A stretch of DNA of 64,000 nt, taken from NCBI RefSeq assembly GCF_009914755.1, contig NC_060935.1. One strand, 5' to 3'. This document shows positions 12,111 through 26,399 of this stretch, piece by piece (position 1 is the first letter of the stretch; every line of letters begins with the position of its first letter). The notes under the pieces were generated by a model that was not told the origin of the DNA, ran no database searches, and worked only from the letters and a program-made list of their open reading frames with translations. The stretch is from the human T2T-CHM13v2.0 reference genome, Homo sapiens. A program made the translations under genes and the position numbers.

Positions 12111-15100
12111 GGAGAGGAGGTGGAAGGGAAGGTTCATGGAAGGATGGAAGGATTAGGAATGCAGGTAGGGTGTCACATTAGCCTGGGTCTGAAAACATAA
12201 CATGCAAATCGGTTGGCTTTTTAGTGGGGTGGTTCGGGCTACATTGAATCAGTTCAACCTCTATTGAGACCATGAAGATGGACAAGACCCAAATCTTGCC
12301 CTAAAGCATCTTACAATGCAGTGAGCCTGACAGGCCCATAAATGGCTGGCGGAGGAGAGTGGGGAGGCAGGGAAGAAGGGGGAACTATTTTTAAACATAA
12401 TATAAAAAGAAACTATGCTAAATATATAGACAGTGAGACGTCTTAATATATAGACAGTGAGAAGAACTTAATCTTGGTGGAGAGCTGGAGGCCAGGAAAA
12501 AAGAGGACACATTTCACAGAGGATGTGGCATTTGAGTTGACTGAGAAAAGGCATGTGGAATGGCATTCCCGCCTGAACAGCTGAAGACTTGGAGCCTAGG
12601 AAGAAGAAGGAGGCCACGGGGCAGGACCCACAGACTGTTTCAGAAGCATAGGCCTCATCTGTCTGGGATGGATTAGGTGAACTCGGAGATGTCATCTCGT
12701 CATCTAAAATAACTCTATGGAGTATGGCCTGAAGAGAATTCCATGCATCCAATCCCTGCACATTGGTGGCTTACTGAGGACAGGAGTATGTTTGTATTCC
12801 AAACCCAACTTACCCGTGCAAACCCTTGAGGCTCCTGGGGTTGGAACTGGGAGGGGTCTCAGATTCAGAGGCTTGGCAGGGAGGCAGCTGCTGCCTGCAC
12901 TGTCACTTTCCCTCTCCTGTTGCGGAAAGGAAATGATACATTTCTGCCCATCAGGAATTTAAGTTTGTTCATTGGCAACATTCATTCTGAGTCTTCTCCC
13001 TGCTCCTTCAAAGCTCTGGGTGGTGGATGTCTCGATGGAAACAGTTTTTCTATTTTAAAACATTCCCCCAAGAGTAGGAGTGAAGAAAGAGCTACGATCC
13101 CTCCGGTGTTGTACTGATCTCGGCAGCATTTATTGAGGCACTTAACAAACGTGCAGAACACTGTTAGAAGCTCTGTGTGCAACTGCTCTGTCCCTGCCAT
13201 GCAGGTGTTATTATCATTCCCATTTCACCTGTGAGCTTAGAAACATGAATGGGCTTGTCCAAGGCCACACAGCCAATCCAAGGTTTAATGACTCAACACA
13301 ATTTATTGAGTGTCTACTATATGCCAGGCACTGGGTGGTTCCCAAGGTCAGCCCATCTGGGATCCGTGGCACAAACCCAACCTGAGGATGGGAGAACAGG
13401 CAGGCCTCAGAGGACTGGACAAAGAACAGTCTAACACCATGGTCTTGGCCAGACCCCGAGGCAGGAGGCAATGAAAGTATCAAACCATAACACCCTTCCC
13501 AACTCCAGTTCCTCCCAACAATTTTGGCTCAAACCAACTCTGGGTGGTGAGGGGCTCTAACTGTCCCATTTTCTAGAGGGGTAAGCTGGACACACTGAAT
13601 AACTCGCCTCTTCTCTTTGGAGAAAAGGGGTGCAGCAGGGGATGGAGGCATAGATAACATGAATGACCACCAGTTCTGCCCAGAGATGGTGCTGAGGATT
13701 TGCATGCAGTGCCTCACCTAATACCAACACTGAGAGAAGGACATTATTAACTCGCAGATGGAAAAACGCCATGTCTAGAGAAGTCAAGTGACGTAAGCAT
13801 TGCCACACAGCTCAGCAAAGGCATGGCGGCACGGACACGGTCCTGTGGCCCCCATTGCTTTCTCCTCCCGTGGCCCACATGACTCCCTAGACTGTTGGCC
13901 ACAGGCCCTGAGAAAGGGGGCCAAATGGTGCAAATTCAAAGAAAAGCACCCTTTTCTTTCATTTTATAAGGCATCATTTGACCTTGAGGCCCAGTGGAGT
14001 AAAGTGTGTGCACACGTGCAAAGGCACACACACCCTGCGTGCACGTTTCTGCAATATGAGTGGTGACATTGTCCTGTGAGGCTCAGGGAAAGACTACACC
14101 CATGCTGCTGGTTGGGTCTCTTCCCTGTAGAATGCAGGACCAACCCCTTCAGAAAGAAGGTTAGATTAAAGCCAAGGGATCCAGGACCAGGGGCAGGGGG
14201 TGCTTAATGGGCTCAAGTTGGGTGAGATTACCCGCTACCTGCTCAACCAAATTGTTTATAACTTGTGTCTCTCTGTTTCTCTCCTTTTTGTTAACTCTCC
14301 TGGACCAAAGCAAGGCAGAACACCTGGGGGTGGCCACAAGTATAATTAGCAAAAGATGTTCCAAAGACCAGGTGAAGGGCAGCTGAAGTAAGCAGAATGT
14401 TCTCCTGGTGCTGATCGTGGAGTTGCCAAGTTCTCTTCCACTGAGAAAAACAGCATGCTTTATCCTTGTGTATCTAGACCCTGGCCTGAGGATCTTTAAT
14501 AAGTACCTCCTGGAAGGGAGTCCCATACCCAGGAAGGTTGGAGAAGCTCCACTTTGCTGCAGCCTTTGAGGAAGTAGATGCAGGACCTGGGTCCCGAAAG
14601 GGGGTTCCACAGCTCTGGGACTCTGATTCATGGTGCTGCTCCTTCTTTTGTCCACCCCTGCCCTTAGGGTCCCCTGTTCCATCCCTCCTGCAAGACATCC
14701 TAACTGACTGAAGAAGCCCCGAGGGGTGTGCAGGCACAAACTGTGGTTTTGTGGCATGGCAAGGTGAATCCACTTCCCCAGAAGTCAATACCAGTCCCCG
14801 CTGCAACACAGCCCAATCTCACTTCTTCCCTCAGAATAGAATAGAAGGTCTACTGTCCACTGCTCACTCCCAAATCCTGGAGTCAGTTCTGCCCACGGTG
14901 GGTAGAGAAACTTGTCCCCACCAGAAGAACAAGCACAGGGCTAGCTGCAGGAGCTAATGGGGGTGTTCTGGTATCTTGTGCACAGGGTACTTAGTGGAAA
15001 ATGAGCAATCAGCAGCTGGGGCATGAGTGGGGGGTGGGAGGGCACCATCCAGAACCTGGCAACCTGCACCACTAGATCAACAGCATCACCTGCTGGCCAC

Positions 15101-15599
15101 AGGATGCCACACCACTCTCCTCCCATTCTAGGCCCCAGAGAGCCCTCCCTCAGGGGGCACAAAGACGCAAAGAAGCCCCCTCCTCAGAATGCCAGGAGTC
15201 CTGGGTCCAGCAGGTCCTCAGGGGAGCCCCTCTTTGAAGCCCGTAGAGCCAGGACTCTGATTCTCCTTTGAAAATATGCAGCCCCCATGTTGACCAAACA
15301 TGAATCTCTGACAGCACACCCCCTCCTACACCGGCTCCCAAATGCACACCTAATATTTTTATTTTTCCTAAATGTTTGTCTGTGGTTCCCCAACATCTTT
15401 AGAGGCCCTCATAATCTTTTCCCTTCCAGTATAAGCTCCTAGAGAGCAGTGACTATTTCCTTCTGGACTGACTAGATCACCGACTCACATTACAAAAGGC
15501 TTAGGAAAGTGTTTTATGAACGTGAAGACTAACAGCCAGCAGTCATTGGTGCTGGAAAGGGCTGTGCTATGGCTGGTGCCTCTTCCCGGGTATAGGAAT

Positions 15600-15825
15600 C
15601 CTCATAGCTACCCTGTACTGAGGGTCTACCAAGTGGCGGGCATGTGATGCCCCCTCTACCGAGATGCTATCTCACTTGATCTTCACCAGGACTCCAGGAC
15701 ACAGAAGCACAGAGAGGTGAAGCCATTTGCTCAAAATCTCACAGCCGCTAAATGGTAAAGCCAGGGTCCGAGGCCTGGCAATCCGAAGGTGGAAGCCGTC
15801 TTAGCAGTTATGCTACACTGCCTCC
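15600..15825 (-). mobile_element. MIR SINE
   Basis: tactgagggtctaccaagtg...atctcacttgatcttcac...gcacagagaggtgaagccatttgctcaa. Confidence 0.6.
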
Positions 15826-16239
15826 CAGAAGCCCACATGGGCACACACGCTGCTGGTAAGCACATCTTCCTTGCTGAAAGCACGCCACAAGCAGCTGCTC
15901 ACTCAGCCTTCCCGCCTCCTCCTTAAAAGGCAGAGACTGCTGTACCTGCTTATAAGGCAGAGACTGTTGTACCTGCCCTTTTCCCTGGAATCCTGCTCAC
16001 GTACCAGGTTTCCCTTGCATGACCCGCTCAGCCTTCATTTTCGGGACCTCCAGGCCTGCCCACGAACAGGTGCCTATGAAGACACAGAGAACGAGGGCCC
16101 TGAAGGGCGGAGGAGGCAGAAAACTGATGCGAGCGCTAAGAAACAGCAGCGAAAGCCCACCCAGTCGTTTACTCCTTCCACGAATATTTCCTGAGCACCG
16201 ATGTCACGCACCGTGTCTGGGGCAATGGGGAAACGGCAG

Positions 16240-18260
16240 TAAAGGAGGAGGCGCATTCTAACAGCCGCGACGGTCCGCGGAGAGAAGGGGGCGACTGACC
16301 TCGCAGAGCGGCCGTGCCCACAGGGCTGGGAGGGCAGCTGCGGGTGTGGACTTTCCGCACTCACCGCCCGCCCCGCGAAGTCCTGCCCTGTCCTCCCCAC
16401 CGCGATCAAACCCACCGGTTGGGGACCTTCGGGCTGCGGACCTTGTTGTGGTCCAGAGGCCCAGAGAATAAGCTCGAAGGAGGCTGACGGGGGAGGGCAG
16501 TGGCTCCGGGAGCGAGCGGGGACGGGCGCTGGGCTGGGAGGGGGACGCGGGGCTGCGGGGGATGCGAGGCTGGGGGGAGGAGCTGGGAGAGGAGCCTGGG
16601 ACTGCGGGGAGGGGCGGCGGGAGGAGCCCGGGGCCACAGTCAGGGGAGCCTCGCGGGCGAGGAGGGGGAGGGGGAGGGGGATGGAGGGTGGGGTAGGGGT
16701 GCGGGGGTGGGGGAGGGGTGCGTGGGTAGGGGGTGCGGGGGTGGGGGAGGGGAGAGGGGTAGGGGTGCGGGGGTGGGGGAGGGGAGCGGGGTAGGGGTGC
16801 GGGGGTGGGGGAGGGGAGCGGGGGTAGGGGTGCGGGGGTGGGGGAGGGGCGCGGGGTAGGGGTGCGGGGGTGGGGGAGGGGCGCCGGGTAGGGGTGCGGG
16901 GGTGGGGGAGGGGCGCCGGGTAGTGGTGCGGGGGTGGGGGAGCGGAGCGGGGTAGGGGTGCGGGGGCGGGGGAGGGGTGCGGGGTAGGGGTGCGGGGGCG
17001 GGGTGCGGGGGTGGGGGAGGGGTGCGGGGTAGGGGTGCGGGGGTGGGGGAGGGGCGCGGGGGGAGGGGGTGCGGGTGGGGGAGGGGCGCGGGGGTAGGGG
17101 GTGCGAGGTTGGGGGAGGGGTGCGGGTGGGGGAGGGGTGCGGGTGGGGGAGGGGCGCGTGGGTAGGGGGTGCGGGGGTGGGGGAGGGGCGCGGGAGTAGG
17201 GGGTGCGGGTGGGGGAGGGGTGCGGGGGTGGGGGAGGGGTGCGGGGGTGGGGGAGGGGTGCGGGGGTGGGGTAGGGGTGCGGGGGTGGGGGAGGGGTGCG
17301 GGTGTGGGGGGAGGGGTGCGGGGTAAGGGTGCGGGGTGGGGTAGGGGTGCGGGGGTGGGGGAGGGGGCGCGGGGTAGGGGTGCGGGGGTGGGGGAGGGGC
17401 GCGGGGGTAGGGGGTTCAGGGGTGCGGGGGTGGGGGAAGGGGTGGGGACCCCGAGCCGCCCGGTGCCCCGCTCCGGTTCCGGCTGGTTGCGGCGAAGTTT
17501 CCCAACTCGCCGAGAGCAGCTGCTGCCTTCTCTTGCGTTTGTTTTTCCCCTCTCGGGATGGAAAATGAATTTCGAGCATCGCTGCGGAGCCTGCCAAGTA
17601 ATTGGAAAACATGTCGAACACTGCGTCTGGCTGCCGGGCGGAGGCGGGGTGGCCTCCCCGGTCGAGGTTCCCGGTCCCTCAGGGCAGGGTGGTGCCGCGC
17701 CCTCCCCAGGCCGGCCCGCGAAGGGAGAAGCCGCAGAAGCCTCTGGGCGTCGGGCCGGGGGTCCCTCGGGCCCGTGGATGACGTGGGTCAGTGGCCGAGC
17801 GCTGCAAGCCGTCGCACGGTCGCCTGGTGGTGCGGGCGCCTCGCCCGCCCTGGCCGCTGAGCCCCGAGAGGGTCTGGGCTCCCGTGGGCCACCCCACTCC
17901 GCGGCCGCGCGGCGCCCTGATCGCGCGTCTCAGGCCCCGCTGGAACCCGGGGCCTCCCTGCCCGCTCCACTCCTTCCCGCGGCGCACCCCCGCCCTCCGC
18001 CTGCCCCTGCCCTGCTGGCCCCCCGCCAGGCAGCCTCTCCCGCATCGGAGACCACCCGCCCGGTTTTCATGTCCCGGTTTGGCTGGGTGTCTAAACTCCG
18101 CCTCTCGGGATGGGACAGAGCCCCACCCCACCTCGCAGTGGACACCCCAGGACAGTGGCTTGGTCTTCACAACACTGGGTGCGGTTCATGGAGCAGCACC
18201 TCGCATTGCTCCCTGCAGTGACCCACGCAGGAGGCCGCCTGCCCTGGTGGACGTGGGCAC
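16240..18260. promoter_or_regulatory. CpG island, probable promoter
   Basis: Very high GC and CpG density on both sides of the VNTR; GC boxes; TGACGTGG at 17779-17786. Confidence 0.8.
16688..17447 (+). repeat. G-rich minisatellite (VNTR) with ~15-16/31-nt units GGGGT(A)GGGGTGCGGGGGTGGGGGAGGGG(C/T)GC
   Basis: ~760 bp of degenerate tandem repeats with a nearly all-G plus strand. Confidence 0.95.
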
Positions 18261-20789
18261 ACCCTCCCTGTCTCTCTGGTGTTCCCGAGCTTGACTCTGC
18301 CTGGACGAGTCTGTCTCACATGAGACCCCCCTGTCTCTGTCCAGAATTAACAAGGTCCTATTAGGAAGTGACCTGCAAGACAGAGACAGGCCAGCACCGC
18401 ACATTGCCACCCCCACCAAGCAGTCCCTTGATAGACCTCCACCTGCGGCCTCCTGGACTGGCTTCCCGCCCACCTGCCACCCCCAGCTCTCACCTCTCCC
18501 CTCAAAGGATCCATGACCACAAAGCCTTGATTAGTTCTTTCAGCTCCATTTAACTACACAAATGGCTTGGTCACAGCTGACTGGTCCCAAATTTGCCAGT
18601 GATTTTCTTTTAATTTACCGTAGCTCAGTCCCCCTGTAATACAGGTAGAGGAGGCATATTTGTTCCCAAACTCCCCTCCTGGGGTTAATCATGCACAGAA
18701 CAAAACTCCATTTGAGCCACTTAATGATTTCATTTCCACCCTAGGTTTGATGGAGCTGCGGCTATAATACTAATATGGGTCCCTCTCTCCCCAAACTCCA
18801 GATGCGCGCGAGAGACAGACAGTGGGAGCCTGTGGGTGACTCAGCCATTCCTGTCCGGCTGCTGCCCTCCAGCCCCTTCTGCAAGCCGTGTGTTCCCCCT
18901 CTTTTCCTGGGCCCATCTTCTCTCCCCTGGGAAGCCAGACCTGACCAGCGTGGTGCTCTTCCATGCTTCCTCCCCCGGGTCCTCTGCCAGTTTCATGGGG
19001 TTATTTTGCACCCACCTGTCACCTCTCAGCACCTGACCCACCTCCCAGCCTCTTCTCCTGCCATTCCTCCCACCACACCCCCACCCACCATACCGGCATT
19101 CCAGACATTCAGACAGCCAGGCCCAGTTCCCTAACCCTCCTCCATCCTTGCGACATGGACTGGACTTTCCCTTTGCCTGGAGGACCTCTCCTTGGTTGTC
19201 AGAGCCTGGCGAAAGCCTCTAAAACTCTGCTTAAGCATCACTGCCTCTGGGAATCAGCTGACAATTTTTCTCTCAAGCAGAGAAAACCACTCCCTTCTGT
19301 GCTCTACCATTTATACCCTTTTGGCTTATTTTCACACAATATTTCATTATTTGTTTGCAGTCAGCCCTTCTACCCATTTGAGCTCCTTGAGAACATAACA
19401 GAACATTCACCTGGGTATCCTCACACAGCACGGGCCCAGTGCTGGGCATAAATGCTCCACAAATGTTCTTGGAAAGAATAGGTGCTATGTGGTTCAGGCA
19501 GGTGGATGTGAACTGTATTCATAACAACACGAAGACACTCAGAGGTGCTCCATCTTCAGAGGCTTCCCAAACGGTGCTAAAATCTCTACTGGCCCAGCCT
19601 GCAGGAGCTGACTCAAAGGGAAGGCCAGGTCACCGTCAGGAAATGTGGTTTTTGTGTGGAAACGTCACCATCTGGTGGTTTCTAGTGAAACAGCTTCTCA
19701 GCTGCAATAGTGGAGAGAGAGGGCTTCCTCCCTTTGCTTGCTTCCCAGGGCCACTAAGTTCAGAGAAAGGTGCTCCCTGCAGCAGCACCATGGGCTCTGG
19801 CAAGCCAAGCACCGCTCCCTGCCTTCCCAAGAAACCTGAGTGAGCGTTTGGAAGGGCACAGCCCCCTCAGGGCTCTGAGGAAGGCCGGCTTACCTCCTCT
19901 CCACCCCTCTCCTCCGCTGACATCCAGGCTGCAGCTATTCTCGAGCAGGCAGGACCCCCTTTCCAGCAGCCTGGGCTTGTGCCACTTCTCTGCCTTCAGT
20001 GTTCTCCAAGCTTCCCCTGGACCCAGGCCCTGTGTGTCCATCACCACTGGGATATCTGATGGGGACCCAGACTCAGGACCCAAGTTGAACTGATTTCCTC
20101 AACTTAGGCCCACCTACCTGAGCTAATGGCAGCACCATCCCCCAACTGTGCCCCCAGGACCTTTCTTCTCCCCCACTCCAGGAGCCATGTATCGCCAGAT
20201 CGCCGCTCCCATCTCACACGAACCTGCCACTGCCCAGTGGATCCTTCCTGGGCTCTCTGCCGCCGTCCTTTGGCACAGCCTGTCTCCACGTGTAAAATCA
20301 CTTCCTGCTTTAACATTCCTGCACATCCTGTTTCCTGTCTCTGCTGGGATAAGGCAGGATCCTTAACCAGGTCTCCACTTGCCACATGGCCCAACCGGCC
20401 TCTTGACAGCCTCCCCCATGCCCCCTCTCACTCCCTCTCTCCCATCTAGCCAGAATAGGTTTTTGGTGTGTCCATGAAGCCAGACTTCTCTCCCCTCTCA
20501 GAGCCCTCTCACTTGCTGCTGCCCAGGGCTGGCTGCTCTCCTGCCCCTCTGCCTGGTTACCTCCTACTCATCCTCTACTCCCTCGCCCTACCTTACTGGA
20601 GCATGCAGGCAAAGGGAGGCTGGGAGGGAAAGGTGGTGGGGAGAGAAAGTCCAGGTGTCCTGGCCCCTAGGAAGAGTGGGGCAGGGGAGGAACCTTAGCC
20701 TCTCTCCCTTCCTTGTGCAGTGTCTGGCAGGTAAAGCTCACCACCAACAACAACCGAATTGATCCTTCACCCAGCTCTGCTGGAGAGGG

Positions 20790-20935
20790 CAGGGGTTAAG
20801 GACACTGGCTCTGGCATGAGACCATTTGGATTCAAACTCTGGCTATGCCATTTCATGGCTGGATGACATCAGGAAAGCTATTTAGCCTCTCTGGACTGAC
20901 TGTCCCTCATCTGTAAAATGGGGATGACGATTTTA
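20790..20935 (+). mobile_element. MIR SINE
   Basis: ggattcaaactctggct...ttagcctctctggac...cctcatctgtaaaatggggatga. Confidence 0.75.
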
Positions 20936-21399
20936 AAATAGAAATCTAGGTTCTCTTCTCTGAGTAAGGCAAGTTCCCATTATATGTAAGACTTCACCTT
21001 TCAAGTAGTTATGAAAATTGTGACTCACAACTAATGAGTTTGTGTAAAATTCATCTGCCTCATCAAAATGAAAGTTCTACCAGGGCAGGGACCAGGTGGG
21101 TCTTATTTATTGCTGTATTCCCAGGGCTGGTCTGGGGTGCACACACAGCATAACAAAGTGGTCAAGAAAGCCAGGCTGGGGTTCTAGCACTCTCCAGTCA
21201 CCAAAGTGACTCTGGTCAAGGTACTTAACCTACGTGTTGTGTTATCTCCTCTCTAATAATAATACTAATATCTATGCCAAAGCCTGCTTGGCTTAGTGCT
21301 TGGATACATTTCAAGTCCTTGGATAGGACCAGGCATATAGAAAGTGCTCAGCGAACATCAGTGGTCATTCTCGTGGACACTCAATAAATACTTCAATAA

Positions 21400-24690
<3,291 letters not shown>

Positions 24691-24929
24691 TGTCTGAAAC
24701 AAACCAGCACACTTCCCTCAAAAAGTTCTCCCTGCCCCAGCCACAGAGCACTCCTTCTTATGTTCCAGGAGCACCAATATCGCCATTGTCACATTGCTGG
24801 AACGGCTGCTGTCTGTCTCCCTCAAGGCTGTAAGTCATGTGTCCCCAGAGCCAGGCCTGTGAGGTACTCAGCATCTGATGAATGGACAAATGAATGGCAC
24901 AGCACCCCAACCAGCAACAGGGCGGGTTG

Positions 24930-25217
24930 TTAAACAGCACATCTCTTTATTCGCAGTTCAGCAAGAAGACTCCAGTGCTGACACTGTCGCATGAAGAGCT
25001 CACCTGCTGGAGTCTTTCTGCCCAGGTCTGGCCCTTCTTCAGGTCAAGCAGAGAAGGATGTTCTTCTGATACAGGTTGCTGCTGGACCCTGAAGGACTTC
25101 CACCTGGGAGGTAGAGAAATGCCCAGGGGACACAGCAGGGAGATGTGGTTGGCCAAGGGGTAGGGCTGATGATGACTCCCTGTAACCCCACTGTTCTCCG
25201 CGTTCCCAAAGCTCCAT
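24930..25217 (-). other. SPATA19: Probable non-coding terminal (3' UTR) exon of SPATA19
   Basis: Donor after exon 6; candidate acceptors TTTCTGCTCTCTAG (exon start 25217) or TTTCTCTACCTCCCAG (exon start 25103); AATAAA at 24951-24946. Confidence 0.65.
24946..24951 (-). terminator. Polyadenylation signal AATAAA for SPATA19
   Basis: TTTATT on the plus strand, downstream of the last coding exon. Confidence 0.65.
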
Positions 25218-25349
25218 CTAGAGAGCAGAAACCCATGGAAGAATCGTCAGTGGTGCATCAGGCAGCTGGAATTGAAGCCTGAGTCTGTTTCTTCCAGCTC
25301 AGAAGCCCCTGCGAACTGTGTACCCTCCCAGCACTTCCTGTTCTTCTCT

Positions 25350-25650
25350 AGTAATATGAGCAAACAATTGATGCGGCATTTACCATGTGCTAGACACCAT
25401 CACCCCCAAGACAACCCTCCAAAGTAGATACTCTGTTGCATTGAGGAAATTGAGGCACAGTGGCATTATGTAACTTGCCCATGGTGGAGCTGAATTGGAA
25501 CCCAGCATCTGCTCCCGGGCTTGACTTAAGTTCTGCCTTCTGTATAATGGGCACAACAACGCCCTCTCTTAAGGTTGTTTTTGGATCAAATGATAAACCC
25601 TGACAAACTACCTTGTGCAGAAGCTGGTATACAGTAAGTCCTTGATAAAT
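25350..25650 (-). mobile_element. MIR fragments in the last intron of SPATA19
   Basis: catttaccatgtgctagacac...gaggaaattgaggcacag...aacttgccc. Confidence 0.6.
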
Positions 25651-25944
25651 GCCGGTACTGCTCTCCAACAGCCTTCCTGTAAGCATGCTGAGGTCGCTGT
25701 GCCTAAATCTCTCCCTTAGCCGCAGGATGGTCAGCACAGCTGTTCACCACAGGCTCAGGGACTGCATCCCGGATAGCTCTTGTGGTTGTTTATCCTGCCA
25801 TTGGCCTTCCACCTCCCAGGGCCTCATAAACAGCCCCCGTGTGACCACCGGGCCAAGCACAAGGCAAGTGGCCATGGGACCAAAAGTCACATCACAAGTT
25901 GGTGGCAGGTCTAAAACCTACACAGCATCACTCCTGACACTACG

Positions 25945-26050
25945 ATCTGTGACTCAAGGTGAGGTCAGCAGACCAGCAGTGACAATGCCCAGAAACTTTT
26001 AGAAATGCAAAATTGCAGGCTCCACCACAACCTCCTAAACACGAAAGCCC
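25945..26050. mobile_element. MER5-like hAT fragment
   Basis: agaccagcag...aaacttttagaaatgcaaaattgcaggctccacc. Confidence 0.5.
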
Positions 26051-26332
26051 GGGCCCATGAATGATGGAGAGGCAGTGCTCTCTGACACCACAGAGTCAGG
26101 AAACCAATCAAATTTGACTTCAAGTCCTTCCACAAACTTAAGAGAGGCGTTGCGGGAGCCTAAGGCAGCCAGCCCTCCTCTCCCACTACTGGCCCTGAGT
26201 GCAGGCCCTTCCCCAGTAGGGAAAAGCTAAGCCTCTTTACCAAGTTCCCAGCTGCAGTGCCCCTTCCCACTGCCCAGGATAACCATCTTCTCTGCCCAGT
26301 TCCTCATCCGTCAGCTCTCTCACCTGTTGCTC

Positions 26333-26399
26333 TCAGCAGTCTGAGGAGGAGGGTCTCATACTGAAGTCCTGAGCTGAGACATCTGTAAGACGGGATATG
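26333..26399 (-). CDS. SPATA19: SPATA19 coding exon 6 with stop codon
   Basis: CCCTGCAG acceptor; encodes (S)[21 protein letters not shown] then TGA at 26335-26333. A donor CAG|GTGAG follows at 26324/26323. Confidence 0.94.

Noticed and set aside
14161-14757. 198-aa minus-strand ORF
   Set aside because: No recognisable homology or exon structure; consistent with a chance ORF.
16688-17447. CRISPR-like or telomeric array
   Set aside because: No unique spacers and no TTAGGG units; eukaryotic minisatellite.
16074-18221. 515-aa Pro-rich (minus) and 350-aa Gly-rich (plus) ORFs
   Set aside because: By-products of the stop-poor VNTR and CpG island; low complexity with no recognisable domain.
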